Positions 30,797 to 41,441 of a DNA stretch of 64,000 nt are shown here, piece after piece. Location of the stretch: the NCBI GenBank assembly GCA_002372935.1, contig DFJF01000016.1, positions 395 through 64,394 on the forward strand, written 5' to 3'. Both the position numbers and the translations under genes were made by a program. The notes beneath the pieces are model-generated. The model saw only the letters and a program-made list of their open reading frames with translations, was not told where the DNA came from and did no database searches. How positions within the stretch are numbered: the first letter of the stretch is position 1; each line of letters opens with the position of its first letter. Source of the stretch: Clostridiales bacterium UBA3678. Lineage in GTDB: Bacteria; Bacillota; Clostridia; TANB77; CAG-508.

Positions 30797-33700
30797 CTAT
30801 TTATTTTTTCTTCTTTTGATAATTCCATATATTCCTATTGTTGCAAGTGTTAATGCAGACATTCCTGCAATTCCACTTAATAACAATGTGTTTCTTCCAT
30901 CATTTGTATTTGGTGTTTCTATTGGTGCATTTTCAAATTCAAAACTATAAGCAGAATCTTTTTCTTCTATTAAGTTTCCATTTACAAAAACACCTTTATC
31001 ATTTATTTCAACTTTTGCTACTTCATCTGACTTATTATAGCCTTTTGGTGCAGTTATCTCTTTTATAAAGTAAGTTCCATATCTTAAATCTTCAAAAGTA
31101 ATAATTCCCTCATCTTTATTAGAATCCATTTGTTGTATTAACTTTGTGCATTCTTCATCTTCATAAAGTTCAAAAGTAAATTTAGCTTTTATTATTTCTT
31201 TTGTTTTGCTATCTATTTTTACAACTTTTACATCTTTTAGTATAGGCATATCTTTCATTTCAATTTTTTGTGTTTCTTTGTCAGTTGTAACTGTGAATGT
31301 TATTTCTTCTGCAATTTCATAGCCATAAGGTGTAGTTACCTCTATCAATTTGTAAGTTTTGTTTTCTTCAAGTCCTGTAACTTTGTGTGGCTCTTTAGTG
31401 CTTACCCATTCATCAATTACCTCATTATTTTCATCTACAACTTTTAATTTTGCTCCCTCTAGTTCTTCGCCTGTTACTAAATCTGTTTTTACAATTTCAA
31501 CAATTTTATCAATCATTACTATTTTTTGTGTTTCTTTGTCAGTTGTAACTTTAAATTCAACATCTGTTGCCTTAACATACTCATTTACACAAACTTCTTC
31601 GTGTAATTTATATGTTTCTCCCTCTTTTAGTCCTTTCACTTTATGAACTTCTTTTCCAGATGTCCATTCATCAATTACTTTTCCATCTTTGTCTAATACC
31701 TGTAAAGTTGCTCCCTCAATTTCTTTTCCACCTATATCTTCTTTTGAAATTTCTACAACTTTATCTGTCATTGTAACTTTTTGTGTCTCTTTGTCAGTTG
31801 TAACTTCAAATTCGATGTCTGTTGCAATTACATATCCATCTGGAGCATATTCTTCGTGTAATACATACTTTTTATTTTCTTCAAGTCCTTTTATATTATG
31901 GCTTTCTTTTGTAGATACCCATTCATCAATTACTTTTCCATCTTTTGTTACTTGAATTTTTGCTCCCTCGATTTCTTTTCCTCCAATATCTTCTTTTGTC
32001 ATTGTAACTATTTTATCTATCATCTTTACTTTTTGATTTTCTTTAGTATTTTCTACTTTAAATTGAATATCTGTTGCACGAACATATCCATCTGGAGCAA
32101 TTTCTTCTCTTAATGTGTATTCTATACCTACTTTTAATCCTTCAATTTTATGAGTTTTATCAGTTGATGTCCAAGTATCAATTACTTTATCTCCCTCTAA
32201 AACAGTAAGTTTTGCACCCTCTAGTTCTTTATCTCCTGTAATATCTTGTTTTGATATTTCTGTTAATGTTGTATCATTTATAACTTCTCTTGTTTGTGTA
32301 TATACTTTTGTTGTATCATCTTTCTTTTCAAACTTAAATTCATATTTTGTATCATTTAAAACTAACCCATCTAAAGTTTTAATTTCTTGCAATTCATATA
32401 CTCCAATAGGTAGTTCTTCAATTTTTAAATTGCCTTTTTTATCTAAATTATAAGTTTTAATTTCTTGACCTTTTTTATAAATCACACTTCCATCTGCTTT
32501 GTCTATTACATCTTCTTTTGCAGTTAGTTTGAATTGTATAGGACTTAAATCTGATATATCTACAATAGATGTATCTACATCTTCTCTTAATGCTACACTT
32601 TTATCAATAATAATTGTTGCAGTAGGTTGTTCATTCTTTATAATAATTTCTTTTATAAAATCTCCGTCTTGGTCTTTATCATAATCTCTAATTCCTTTTA
32701 CATCAAATTTCACAGAATTATCTAATTGTAAAAATCCCTCTGGAATTTTTATTTCTGTTACTTCATAACTTCCTACTTCAAGTTTTAGTGGTGTTATAAT
32801 TGTTCCTTTATCTTCTTTATCGTTTGTATAACTTTTATCTGGTACAACTAAATTGTCTGCATTTGTTGTAAAAGAAGTAAATGTTGTACTACCAATTTTT
32901 TGAGATACAGCCTCTCCTTTTTTATATAGTATTTTTCCTGTTGCACGATCATAAATGTCTTTTGTGGCTTTTATTTGAAAACTTGCATTTGTTAATGTAA
33001 CTGTTTTATTTGTTTTTAAATCTTTTTTAACTAATTTTATATAAGTTTCTTGTTGTTCATTGTTTACTACTATATGCTTAACTTTTTGAGCAACATCTTT
33101 TATTTCTGTTTCATCATCTGTTATAGAAAATGTGAAATCTGACGCTGTTTCATAGTCTTTTGGTGTTATTGTTTCTTTTACAATATAAGTTCCGTATGGT
33201 AACTTATTTTGTGTATAAGCATCTCCACTTTCATTTGTTACTATTGCCTCATAAGTAGGAGCAATTTCTTGTGCTTTTGCTACTCTGTTTTTATCAACTT
33301 CTACTTTATTGCCGTATTCATCTATACCATTCCATACTTCTGCATAACTATATCCATTTTCATAGGCTTTTTCTACGGCGCTATTAAGTTTTATTGTAAA
33401 TTCTGCTCCAGCAAGTCCTGGAGTTTTTCCAGAATTAACTTTTATTCCACTTTTGAAAATGTGTACTCCCATTTCTTTTACTTTGTCTTTGCTATTTGCT
33501 TTACCATAAATTACTTTCTCATATTGGTCTTTATATTCAAGTTTTACCTCATATACTGTTGTATCTAATAAATAACCTTTTGGTGCTACTTCTTCTTTTA
33601 CTATATAAGTTCCTAAAGGAAGTCCTGTAACATCTGTTGTATTTCCATTTTTGTCTGTATTTCTTGTAGCAACTAAATCGCCTTTGCTATAAAACTTTTT

Positions 33701-35338
33701 AGATTTTGCTACATTGTAAATATCTTCATTTGCATATATTTTATAAACTGCATTTTCAAGTGTTGCATCTCCCTGTGCTACACTACCTGTTTTGCTATCT
33801 TTCTTTACTATTGCTATTGTTCCTGTTGGTTCGTGGTTTACAACACCTTTTATTTCAAGTTCAATAACTGGTGTTGTTGAATTTTTATATTCTAAATTCA
33901 CTTGAAATACTTGTTCATTTAATAAATAACCCTTTGGTGCTTGTATTTCTCTTACAGAATATTTACCTAGTGGCAATTCTGCAATTTCTGCAATTCCTGT
34001 TCCATTTGCTGAAGTTATTTTTGCTACTTCTTGTCCTTTTGTATAAAATGTTTTAGTACCTGCAACATTTTTTATATTTTCTTCTGCAGTTACAGAAAAT
34101 ATTGCTCCACCAACTTTATCATTATTTTCACTAACTTTGTGAATTAGTAATTTTCCTGTTGGCTCATTATTTTTAAATTCTACTGTTGATGTTTCTCCAT
34201 TTCTTACATCTACTCTTTTTATATTTGTATCTAGTAAATAACCTGTTGGTACTGATGTTTCTTTTACAAAGTATGTTCCTACTTTTAGTTTTTCAAAAGT
34301 TATTTGTCCATTACTTGCAGATTTTCCACTTGCTACTTTTTGAGTACAAGCCTCATCTTTATAAAGTTCAAAATTACAATCTGCTACTGGATTTCCAATA
34401 TTATTTATTTTTTTAACTAATACTTTTCCACTTTGTACTTCTACTGAAACACTAAAATGTGATGGATCTACATAGTTAGAAAACATTAAATTTTGTACTG
34501 CTCCAGATGAAAAACTAAAATACACATAGTTTGACATACTTCCACTAGAATATTTTGCTCCATTTGGCATTAGTTCATAATATCCATAATCTCTTGATTT
34601 AAAAGTTGTTTTTCCAGAATTGCTATCATTTGTTGCTGTTACTCTTAATTCATTACTACCATTATCGTGAGCAAAATTCACTCCATTTATTGTTTTATTA
34701 AAACTTTCATAATGTTGTAATACTCCGTTACTATCTGAAAAGGTAGTTGTATCTCCAATATCTACTTTGTTTGTTGCTCCATTAAATGAAACATCTTTAT
34801 GATATTGATTATATAAATTTTCTGTATTTGATACCCAATTTGAGTATTGTGATGATGACATATATCCACCACTCCAAGAATTTCGTGATGGTGGTGTTTT
34901 TCCACTACTGTCTATATTGTTATAAATATATTCCCATACATATTGTTGAGTAGCACACGCTGCTTTTTTTGCTTCTGTACTAGATGGTATTCCTAGTCCA
35001 TAATTCATTGTATATCCAAAATATATCATTTCTGCTATTCTTTCATATTCTGGTCTATTTTCTTTATATTCTGCATAAAATTCATTATTAAAAGCATAGT
35101 CCCTTCCTGTTGGTGAAGTTTTACCAAATTGAGTACAAAATGCTATATATGTTGAGCCATCATAATTCGCATAATGTAATTCGTGTCCATATTCGCTTAA
35201 ACTTCCACTTATAACTCCAAAAGTTGCATCACTATTTATGTCTGTAATAAATGTTGCAAAAGCACTTATAGGCATAGCATTTATTAGCATTAATATTAGC
35301 ATAATTATTGCCATAACTTTTTTTGTTTTAGTTTTCAT
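30797..35338 (-). CDS. cell-wall-anchored adhesin: signal peptide, possible thioester domain, many SpaA/Cna-B-type Ig-like domains, non-LPXTG sorting signal
   Basis: 1513 aa. Signal peptide 'VMAIIMLILMLINAMPISAFA'. Candidate thioester residues are the Cys in 'IAFCTQFG' and the Gln in 'ATQQYVWEYI'. 'PxGYxL'-type repeats recur ('APKGYLL', 'VPTGYLL', 'APDGYV'). The C-terminus is 'ETPNTNDGRN' + hydrophobic 'TLLLSGIAGMSALTLATIGIYGII' + 'KRRKNK'. Confidence 0.8.
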   Translation of the reverse strand: MKTKTKKVMAIIMLILMLINAMPISAFATFITDINSDATFGVISGSLSEYGHELHYANYDGSTYIAFCTQFGKTSPTGRDYAFNNEFYAEYKENRPEYERIAEMIYFGYTMNYGLGIPSSTEAKKAACATQQYVWEYIYNNIDSSGKTPPSRNSWSGGYMSSSQYSNWVSNTENLYNQYHKDVSFNGATNKVDIGDTTTFSDSNGVLQHYESFNKTINGVNFAHDNGSNELRVTATNDSNSGKTTFKSRDYGYYELMPNGAKYSSGSMSNYVYFSFSSGAVQNLMFSNYVDPSHFSVSVEVQSGKVLVKKINNIGNPVADCNFELYKDEACTQKVASGKSASNGQITFEKLKVGTYFVKETSVPTGYLLDTNIKRVDVRNGETSTVEFKNNEPTGKLLIHKVSENNDKVGGAIFSVTAEENIKNVAGTKTFYTKGQEVAKITSANGTGIAEIAELPLGKYSVREIQAPKGYLLNEQVFQVNLEYKNSTTPVIELEIKGVVNHEPTGTIAIVKKDSKTGSVAQGDATLENAVYKIYANEDIYNVAKSKKFYSKGDLVATRNTDKNGNTTDVTGLPLGTYIVKEEVAPKGYLLDTTVYEVKLEYKDQYEKVIYGKANSKDKVKEMGVHIFKSGIKVNSGKTPGLAGAEFTIKLNSAVEKAYENGYSYAEVWNGIDEYGNKVEVDKNRVAKAQEIAPTYEAIVTNESGDAYTQNKLPYGTYIVKETITPKDYETASDFTFSITDDETEIKDVAQKVKHIVVNNEQQETYIKLVKKDLKTNKTVTLTNASFQIKATKDIYDRATGKILYKKGEAVSQKIGSTTFTSFTTNADNLVVPDKSYTNDKEDKGTIITPLKLEVGSYEVTEIKIPEGFLQLDNSVKFDVKGIRDYDKDQDGDFIKEIIIKNEQPTATIIIDKSVALREDVDTSIVDISDLSPIQFKLTAKEDVIDKADGSVIYKKGQEIKTYNLDKKGNLKIEELPIGVYELQEIKTLDGLVLNDTKYEFKFEKKDDTTKVYTQTREVINDTTLTEISKQDITGDKELEGAKLTVLEGDKVIDTWTSTDKTHKIEGLKVGIEYTLREEIAPDGYVRATDIQFKVENTKENQKVKMIDKIVTMTKEDIGGKEIEGAKIQVTKDGKVIDEWVSTKESHNIKGLEENKKYVLHEEYAPDGYVIATDIEFEVTTDKETQKVTMTDKVVEISKEDIGGKEIEGATLQVLDKDGKVIDEWTSGKEVHKVKGLKEGETYKLHEEVCVNEYVKATDVEFKVTTDKETQKIVMIDKIVEIVKTDLVTGEELEGAKLKVVDENNEVIDEWVSTKEPHKVTGLEENKTYKLIEVTTPYGYEIAEEITFTVTTDKETQKIEMKDMPILKDVKVVKIDSKTKEIIKAKFTFELYEDEECTKLIQQMDSNKDEGIITFEDLRYGTYFIKEITAPKGYNKSDEVAKVEINDKGVFVNGNLIEEKDSAYSFEFENAPIETPNTNDGRNTLLLSGIAGMSALTLATIGIYGIIKRRKNK
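31250..32263 (-). repeat. four tandem ~85-aa (~255-nt) coding repeats inside the adhesin
   Basis: Repeat units '..K.DI.G.E.EGA.L.V....(K)VIDEW.S.KE.H...GL.E...Y.L.E...P.GYV.ATD..F.V.TDKETQK..M.DK.V', clearly similar at protein and DNA level. Confidence 0.8.
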
Positions 35339-35366
35339 TTTTTATCAATTCCTTTCTTTTACTCAC

Positions 35367-35392
35367 AAAAAAAAGAGCATTACGCTCTTAAT
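35367..35392 (-). terminator. intrinsic terminator after 35403..36065
   Basis: Minus-strand RNA AAGAGC-GUAAU-GCUCUU followed by UUUUUUGUG. Confidence 0.7.
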
Positions 35393-35402
35393 TTTTAGTT
35401 TT

Positions 35403-36065
35403 TTATTTTGTTACAGAGAAATAATAAAGTCCACAAAAACATTGATTTATTTTAAAATGACTTGATTCCCAACCCTCTGTATATTTTTCATAAGCACTAA
35501 ATGCCTCGTCCCAAGTTTTATAATATCCGTGTTCATTTGCTCCATCTCCTGCAATGTGAGTTTTCCCACCATCAACGCAATAGATTTTTTCTTCTTGTTT
35601 AGGTGTAGTTGGTTGTACTTTTTCTTCCTGTTTTGGTGTTTCCTGTTTTACTTCTGCTACACTTTCCTTTGGTTTTTCTTGTTTTGATGTGCCTTCACTT
35701 TTTTTTGCAGTATTTGAATTAGTTTTTGTATTACTTTCTTGTTTTTTACTAGCATTTGAATTACTATTGCTTTGTACTTGAGTTGTTTCATTTTTTTGTT
35801 CTTGTTTTACTTTTTCATCTTGCTCACTTACTTTCGTTTCTTCTACTATTCCCTCTGCTATTTTTTCATCATTTATGATTTTTTCAATTTCCTGTTGATT
35901 TTTCTCTAGTCTTTCCTTTGATTCTTCTGACAAACTTGTATCAATTCTATTTGCTGTACCATTATCTCCCCATTTTTCATTTACCTTTTTCGTGTTGTTA
36001 AAACTAACTCCCATACCTGTTAATAAAATTATTGCTATAACTATTAATTTTCTCATAACAATCAC
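35403..36065 (-). CDS. secreted low-complexity protein with Cys-containing C-terminal domain
   Basis: 220 aa. Signal/TM 'LIVIAIILLTGMGVSF', a Lys/Glu/Gln/Thr-rich linker, and C-terminal 'CVDGGKTHIAGDGANEHGYYKTWDEAFSAYEKY'. Confidence 0.5.
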   Translation of the reverse strand: MIVMRKLIVIAIILLTGMGVSFNNTKKVNEKWGDNGTANRIDTSLSEESKERLEKNQQEIEKIINDEKIAEGIVEETKVSEQDEKVKQEQKNETTQVQSNSNSNASKKQESNTKTNSNTAKKSEGTSKQEKPKESVAEVKQETPKQEEKVQPTTPKQEEKIYCVDGGKTHIAGDGANEHGYYKTWDEAFSAYEKYTEGWESSHFKINQCFCGLYYFSVTK

Positions 36066-37165
36066 TCTCCTTTGTCTTTATTTTAAATGCAAATCAAATT
36101 TCAAGCAAATGTGTGATTATATAATATTTAAATATTTATATATAATATTCCTTTTCAGTTAGTAAATAGCTAGTAATAAGGGGGTAGATTGTAAGGAGGG
36201 GGAAATAAAAAATCGTATATACATTTATTGTTGTATATACATTCTTTGTTATTTCGTATTATCTTTCATATTGTTTATTTTGCCATTGTAACTGATACTT
36301 TTGTAATAACTTTTCAATTACATTTTGCATTTGTTGCACTGTGTAACCTTTTGGAAAATAGTTTTTTACTTTGTCATAAGTAAACTTCACTTGTTCCTTT
36401 TGATTTGGTTTTTCTTCATCTAAAATATCTTGTATTTTTTCTTCTGTTAATGTTCCTTTTTCACTTTCTTCCCTTAATCTTTTTGCTTGTGGTGTAGATG
36501 GTGTTGCAAGTGATGTTTCCATTGCTTCAAGTAACATATCTTGTTCATTTTTACTTAAATAAGATATTTCTATTGCAGGTGCTAAAGCCATTGTCATATT
36601 TTCTTTATCTCGCAGATAGTGATTATCAACAAATTGTAATAATTCTGGGATTAGTTCTGTTAATCTTATATATCTTCTAACACTTTCTCTACTTTCTCCC
36701 ATTTCATCAGCAATAACTTCAACTGACAACTTCTGCACAGGTTGTGTAGAAGTTAAATCATTTCTTTTTCCTTGACTTTTTATAGCCTCTAACTTCATTT
36801 TGTATGCAAATGCTCTTTCACTTGGAAGTATTTGCTCTCTTTGTAAGTTACTATCTACCATTATAATTGTTGCCTCATCATCTGTTAAATTTCTGACTAT
36901 ACAAGGCAATTCCTCTATTTGTGCAAGTTCACAAGCCCTTTTTCTTCTATGTCCAGATACCATTTCATAAGTTCCATCTTCTTTTGGTCTAACTATTGCA
37001 GGTACTAGCACTCCGTGTTCTTTAATACTTTCTACTGTTTCAAACATTTTCTCATCATCTCTTACTTTAAATGGGTGATTTGGAAAATTTGAAATTTCAG
37101 TAATTGAAATCTTTTGTACCTTTTCTAATTTTTGTGCATCTCTTTCTTCTTGACTTGTAAAAAAG

Positions 37166-38093
<928 letters not shown>

Positions 38094-38119
38094 TTAACTT
38101 TCATCAACTCGCCTTATGT

Positions 38120-38467
38120 TCAATCATTATATGGTAATACATTTCTTGCCACATAATCTATATATGAATTTTCTGTATCATTAAATTTCTTTTCTTGTGA
38201 ATAATAATCGCTATTTGTTGCTTCTTTTAAGTTTTTTTCTACTGTATTATTTCTTTTTATTTCTTTTTTTTCTTTTCTCTTTTCTTTCCATCTTTCAATA
38301 TCAATTTCTTCCAACATTAATTGTAAGCCTGTAACTTCATTTTTGTATCTTCTAATCTCTATCTTTTTCTTTCTTATATTAAGTTCCATTTCTTCAAGTT
38401 CTTTATTTGCAGAAAATATTTTTAAATTTAATTCTCCAATTTGCTCGGATATTTCTTTTCTTTCCAT
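38120..38467 (-). CDS. hypothetical coiled-coil protein
   Basis: 115-aa Glu/Lys-rich ORF. Confidence 0.4.
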   Translation of the reverse strand: MERKEISEQIGELNLKIFSANKELEEMELNIRKKKIEIRRYKNEVTGLQLMLEEIDIERWKEKRKEKKEIKRNNTVEKNLKEATNSDYYSQEKKFNDTENSYIDYVARNVLPYND

Positions 38468-38487
38468 ATATTATCACTTCCATTTCT

Positions 38488-38802
38488 TTATCTATAATCT
38501 CTATTATACTTTTTCTGTTTGTTCTTTCGTTCTTGTTCTCTCTTAAATTTAGCATAAATATCTGTTGCAATATCTCCGTTATATTCTTTATCTATTGAGA
38601 TATTACCTTTTTCTAAAAACTCTTTTGATAATATAAAATTCCCACTATCTATGAAGTTATATCTTCCCTCTTTATCTTTTCCAACATACATTGCAGTTAC
38701 TTGTATTTTTTTGTCTGCTATAATTGGAATATTAACTGTTAAAAAATCTCCTTGTTGTAAATTCTCTAAATATTTTATTGCATCTTCTTTTTCCATTTTC
38801 AT
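38488..38802 (-). CDS. hypothetical protein
   Basis: 104-aa ORF with a strong SD (TTAAGGAGGAATGAAA-ATG). Confidence 0.5.
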   Translation of the reverse strand: MKMEKEDAIKYLENLQQGDFLTVNIPIIADKKIQVTAMYVGKDKEGRYNFIDSGNFILSKEFLEKGNISIDKEYNGDIATDIYAKFKREQERKNKQKKYNRDYR

Positions 38803-38822
38803 TCCTCCTTAATTTTTAACAT

Positions 38823-38855
38823 AAAAAAAAGAGTCAGATTTTTTATATCTCACTC
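38823..38855 (-). terminator. intrinsic terminator between the junction-module short ORF and gene 38488..38802 (attenuator-like position)
   Basis: Minus-strand RNA GAGUGAGAU-AUAAAAA-AUCUGACUC (one mismatch) followed by U8. It lies just upstream of the SD of the next gene. Confidence 0.55.
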
Positions 38856-38906
38856 ATCATAAACCTATTAAATTTTTAATTTTTTTCTCATTTTTTATCA
38901 AAATAT

Positions 38907-39037
38907 GCAAAAAGTCTAATTGCAAAAATGCTTATTTTATGCAGGTTTGAGGTTGGTTTTGCTAAATTCCGTCTCGCCCAGTTGATACTTGTACTTGCAC
39001 AACTTTTTTTATTTTTATTTTTATCTAAATTTTTCAT
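38907..39037 (-). repeat. junction module family A, copy 1
   Basis: Shares blocks with 42932..43045 and 43503..43616. Examples: GCAGGTTTGAGGTTGGTTTTG vs GCAGTTGAGGTTGATTTTG, and CGTCTCGCCCAGTTGATACTTGTACTTGCACAACTTTT vs CCGTATCGCACTGAATCCTTGTACTTAGCAACTTTT. On the gene strand it starts with SD + ATG right after the upstream stop codon. Confidence 0.6.
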
Positions 39038-39040
39038 ATA

Positions 39041-39610
39041 TTAAATCACTTCCTTTTTTGCTATAATATTATAAAAATGCCACTTCTTATTATCTGATTC
39101 TCTAGTATATTCAATTTCATCTAGTTTTAAAATTATATATCTTTTTAAATACGCTTTTACTTCTTCCATTGTAAATGTATTAATTAATTTATTATCTTTC
39201 CAGCCGTCTCTATCTCCAAATAATTGTCCCACAAAATATCCATTTACATTTATTGAATTATAAATCTTGTCCCATAATTCGTCAAAATGTTCTGGATTAC
39301 AAAATGGTATACTAAAAAAGGCTGTTACAGCATCTGCACTCTCAAGTCTAACTGATTCAAAACTTTGCTCAGAAAAAGATATATTTTCTTTTTCTTTATC
39401 ATTTAATCTATTTAATATGAATTCTTTATTCAGCTGTCTATCTATTGCAGTTACTTCTAATCCGTTTTTTAACATATATACTGTTTCATTTCCGCTTCCA
39501 CATCCTAAATCAATAGCATCTTTAATTTTATAGTTGTTTAAAAAATAAATTAATAATTTGCACACATCATTGTTATATGTTCTATTTTGATAATTTGTCC
39601 AATCTTTCAT
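39041..39610 (-). CDS. class I SAM-dependent methyltransferase
   Basis: 189 aa. Motif I 'AIDLGCGSGNETVYM'. Confidence 0.7.
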   Translation of the reverse strand: MKDWTNYQNRTYNNDVCKLLIYFLNNYKIKDAIDLGCGSGNETVYMLKNGLEVTAIDRQLNKEFILNRLNDKEKENISFSEQSFESVRLESADAVTAFFSIPFCNPEHFDELWDKIYNSINVNGYFVGQLFGDRDGWKDNKLINTFTMEEVKAYLKRYIILKLDEIEYTRESDNKKWHFYNIIAKKEVI

Positions 39611-39620
39611 TATTCACACC

Positions 39621-40815
39621 TTATTTTTTCTTATATTCTATTTTTATCGAACCATCTTGATTTAAATATATCATATTTATTAAATCAAAAATATACTTTC
39701 TATTTAATTTATCTATTTTTTTAGCTCTTCTATTATTTATTTCTGTAATAACTTTTTCCTCTAAAATATCTTTTCTTACTGTATGTTTATTATTACATCC
39801 TCTTTTTCTTACATGTGATGAACATGCATAATATGTATATTCTTTACTCTTTCTAATAGTCAAGTTACTATCACATTCTGTACATTTCACATATCCTGAA
39901 AAGATATCATATTCATTATTTGAATTTACTTTTACAGAACGCTTAATTATATCTTGTACTTTTTCAAAATGTTCTTTACTTATTATTTTCATGTGATTAT
40001 TCTTTGTAATTATTAACTCATCTTCTTTTATTTTCACAAATTTATGATTTTTGAAACTAATTCGTTTTCGCTTTTGTTGAATTAAGTCTCCTACATATAC
40101 TTTATTATTTAGAATTCCAGTAATCATACTAGTATTCCACTTTCTTGCCTTCATTTGTATTTTTAATATGTTCCATCGGAGTTCTAATTTCTTTTTGATT
40201 TAAAATATCTACGATTTCATTTTTACTTAAGCCGTTTTCTATACTATCAAATATCATTTTTACATTTTTAGCTGCTTCTGTGTCAATAATTATTTTATTT
40301 TTTTCATATCTTGATTTTTTATATCCATATGGTGCATAAGAAGTTACAAATTCACCATTTACTTTTTTAGTAGTTAATGCCGTTTTTACTTTATTAGATA
40401 TATCTCTTGGATAGTTTTCATTATAAATATTAAGTAATCCTTTTAATAAATAACTATCTTCTTCATCATTTAGTCCATCTATATTATCATTAATTGAAAT
40501 AAGCTTTACATCATATAATGGTAAAATAGAATCAAGTAATTCTCCTACTTCAATATAGTTTCTACCTAATCTTGATAAATCTTTAACTATTACTATATCA
40601 ACCTTTTTATTTGATATATCTTTTAACATTCTTTTTAGCTCTGGTCTATCAAAGTTTGTCCCGCTATAGCCATTATCTACATAGTAATTGTATATCTTCA
40701 TATCTTCTTTATCTTTAATGTAATAGCCTATTAAATCTTTTTGATTTGCTATGCTATTTACTTCTTTTTCTTTCTTAGAAATTCTAATATATGCAGCTAC
40801 TCTTAATTTTGATAT
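39621..40815 (-). pseudogene. large serine recombinase, frameshifted and lacking a canonical start codon
   Basis: Fragments 40129..40701 and 39621..40154. The reading frame extends upstream of the listed Met as KISKLRVAAYIRISKKEKEV... (resolvase catalytic Ser region). There is no ATG/GTG/TTG between the in-frame TGA and that region; the only candidate is ATA at 40815, 9 nt after AAGGAG. C-terminal zinc-ribbon-like 'CTECDSNL...YYACSSH..RGC'. Confidence 0.7.
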
Positions 40816-40831
40816 TTTAAATCACTCCTTA

Positions 40832-41437
40832 TTAATTTTTAACACTATTAGCTATAAATTCAACAACATCATTTTCGTCTTCTTGTAACATTGCTTTATC
40901 TTCTTCAGTTATATCTGTAAAATATTTATTTAACTTTTTATTTATAGATATTGTATTTAATGGATAACCTGGATTTATTTTATTTGAAGGTTTGTCTACC
41001 ATATAAAAGTCTTCTTTACTCCATGTATAGGTGCTTACTTTTCCATTATTGATAACAGCCATTCCATATACCCACCTACATGTTAGTTTTCCTTTAGTTC
41101 CATATTCCTTAACAAGATCAACATAATGATCTATCATTTCTTCATCATTAAGTCTTTTTCCATTCACACGTCTTACATACATACCTGGTTGCTTTTCTTC
41201 TGGAACATTTTCCAAATATAAATTATCATCCATTGCAAATACTGGAATATTTGTAATTTTTGAATATGCTCTAGCTTTAATTAACGCATTTTCTATTGCA
41301 TCTTTGCCATTCTCTTCTACTTCTATCTCTGTGTTAATATCTTTTAATGTTATTACTTCAATTCCTTTTTCTTGTAATCCTCTTGAAAATCTTTTGGCCT
41401 TTGTCTCATTTCCTGTTGCAAATAATACTCTTTTCAT
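40832..41437 (-). CDS. Ham1/RdgB-like non-canonical NTP pyrophosphatase family protein
   Basis: 201 aa. 'VLFATGNETKAKRF' and 'AMDDNLYLENVPEEKQPGMYVRR' parallel the ATGNxGK and DDSGL...PGvysaR motifs. Confidence 0.55.
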   Translation of the reverse strand: MKRVLFATGNETKAKRFSRGLQEKGIEVITLKDINTEIEVEENGKDAIENALIKARAYSKITNIPVFAMDDNLYLENVPEEKQPGMYVRRVNGKRLNDEEMIDHYVDLVKEYGTKGKLTCRWVYGMAVINNGKVSTYTWSKEDFYMVDKPSNKINPGYPLNTISINKKLNKYFTDITEEDKAMLQEDENDVVEFIANSVKN

Positions 41438-41441
41438 TATA

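Noticed and set aside
31250-32263. Tandem ~255-nt repeats, considered as a possible CRISPR or non-coding repeat array.
   Set aside because: They are in-frame coding repeats (Ig-like domains) of the adhesin. There are no short direct repeats with unique spacers anywhere in the window.
19159-36249. The palindromic octamer GTATATAC occurs in the oriT-like region (19159-19166) and twice downstream of parB (36224-36231, 36242-36249). It was considered as a possible parS/centromere motif.
   Set aside because: An AT-rich 8-mer is expected to occur a few times by chance in 64 kb of this composition. There is no extended conserved flank. It is mentioned only as a weak lead.
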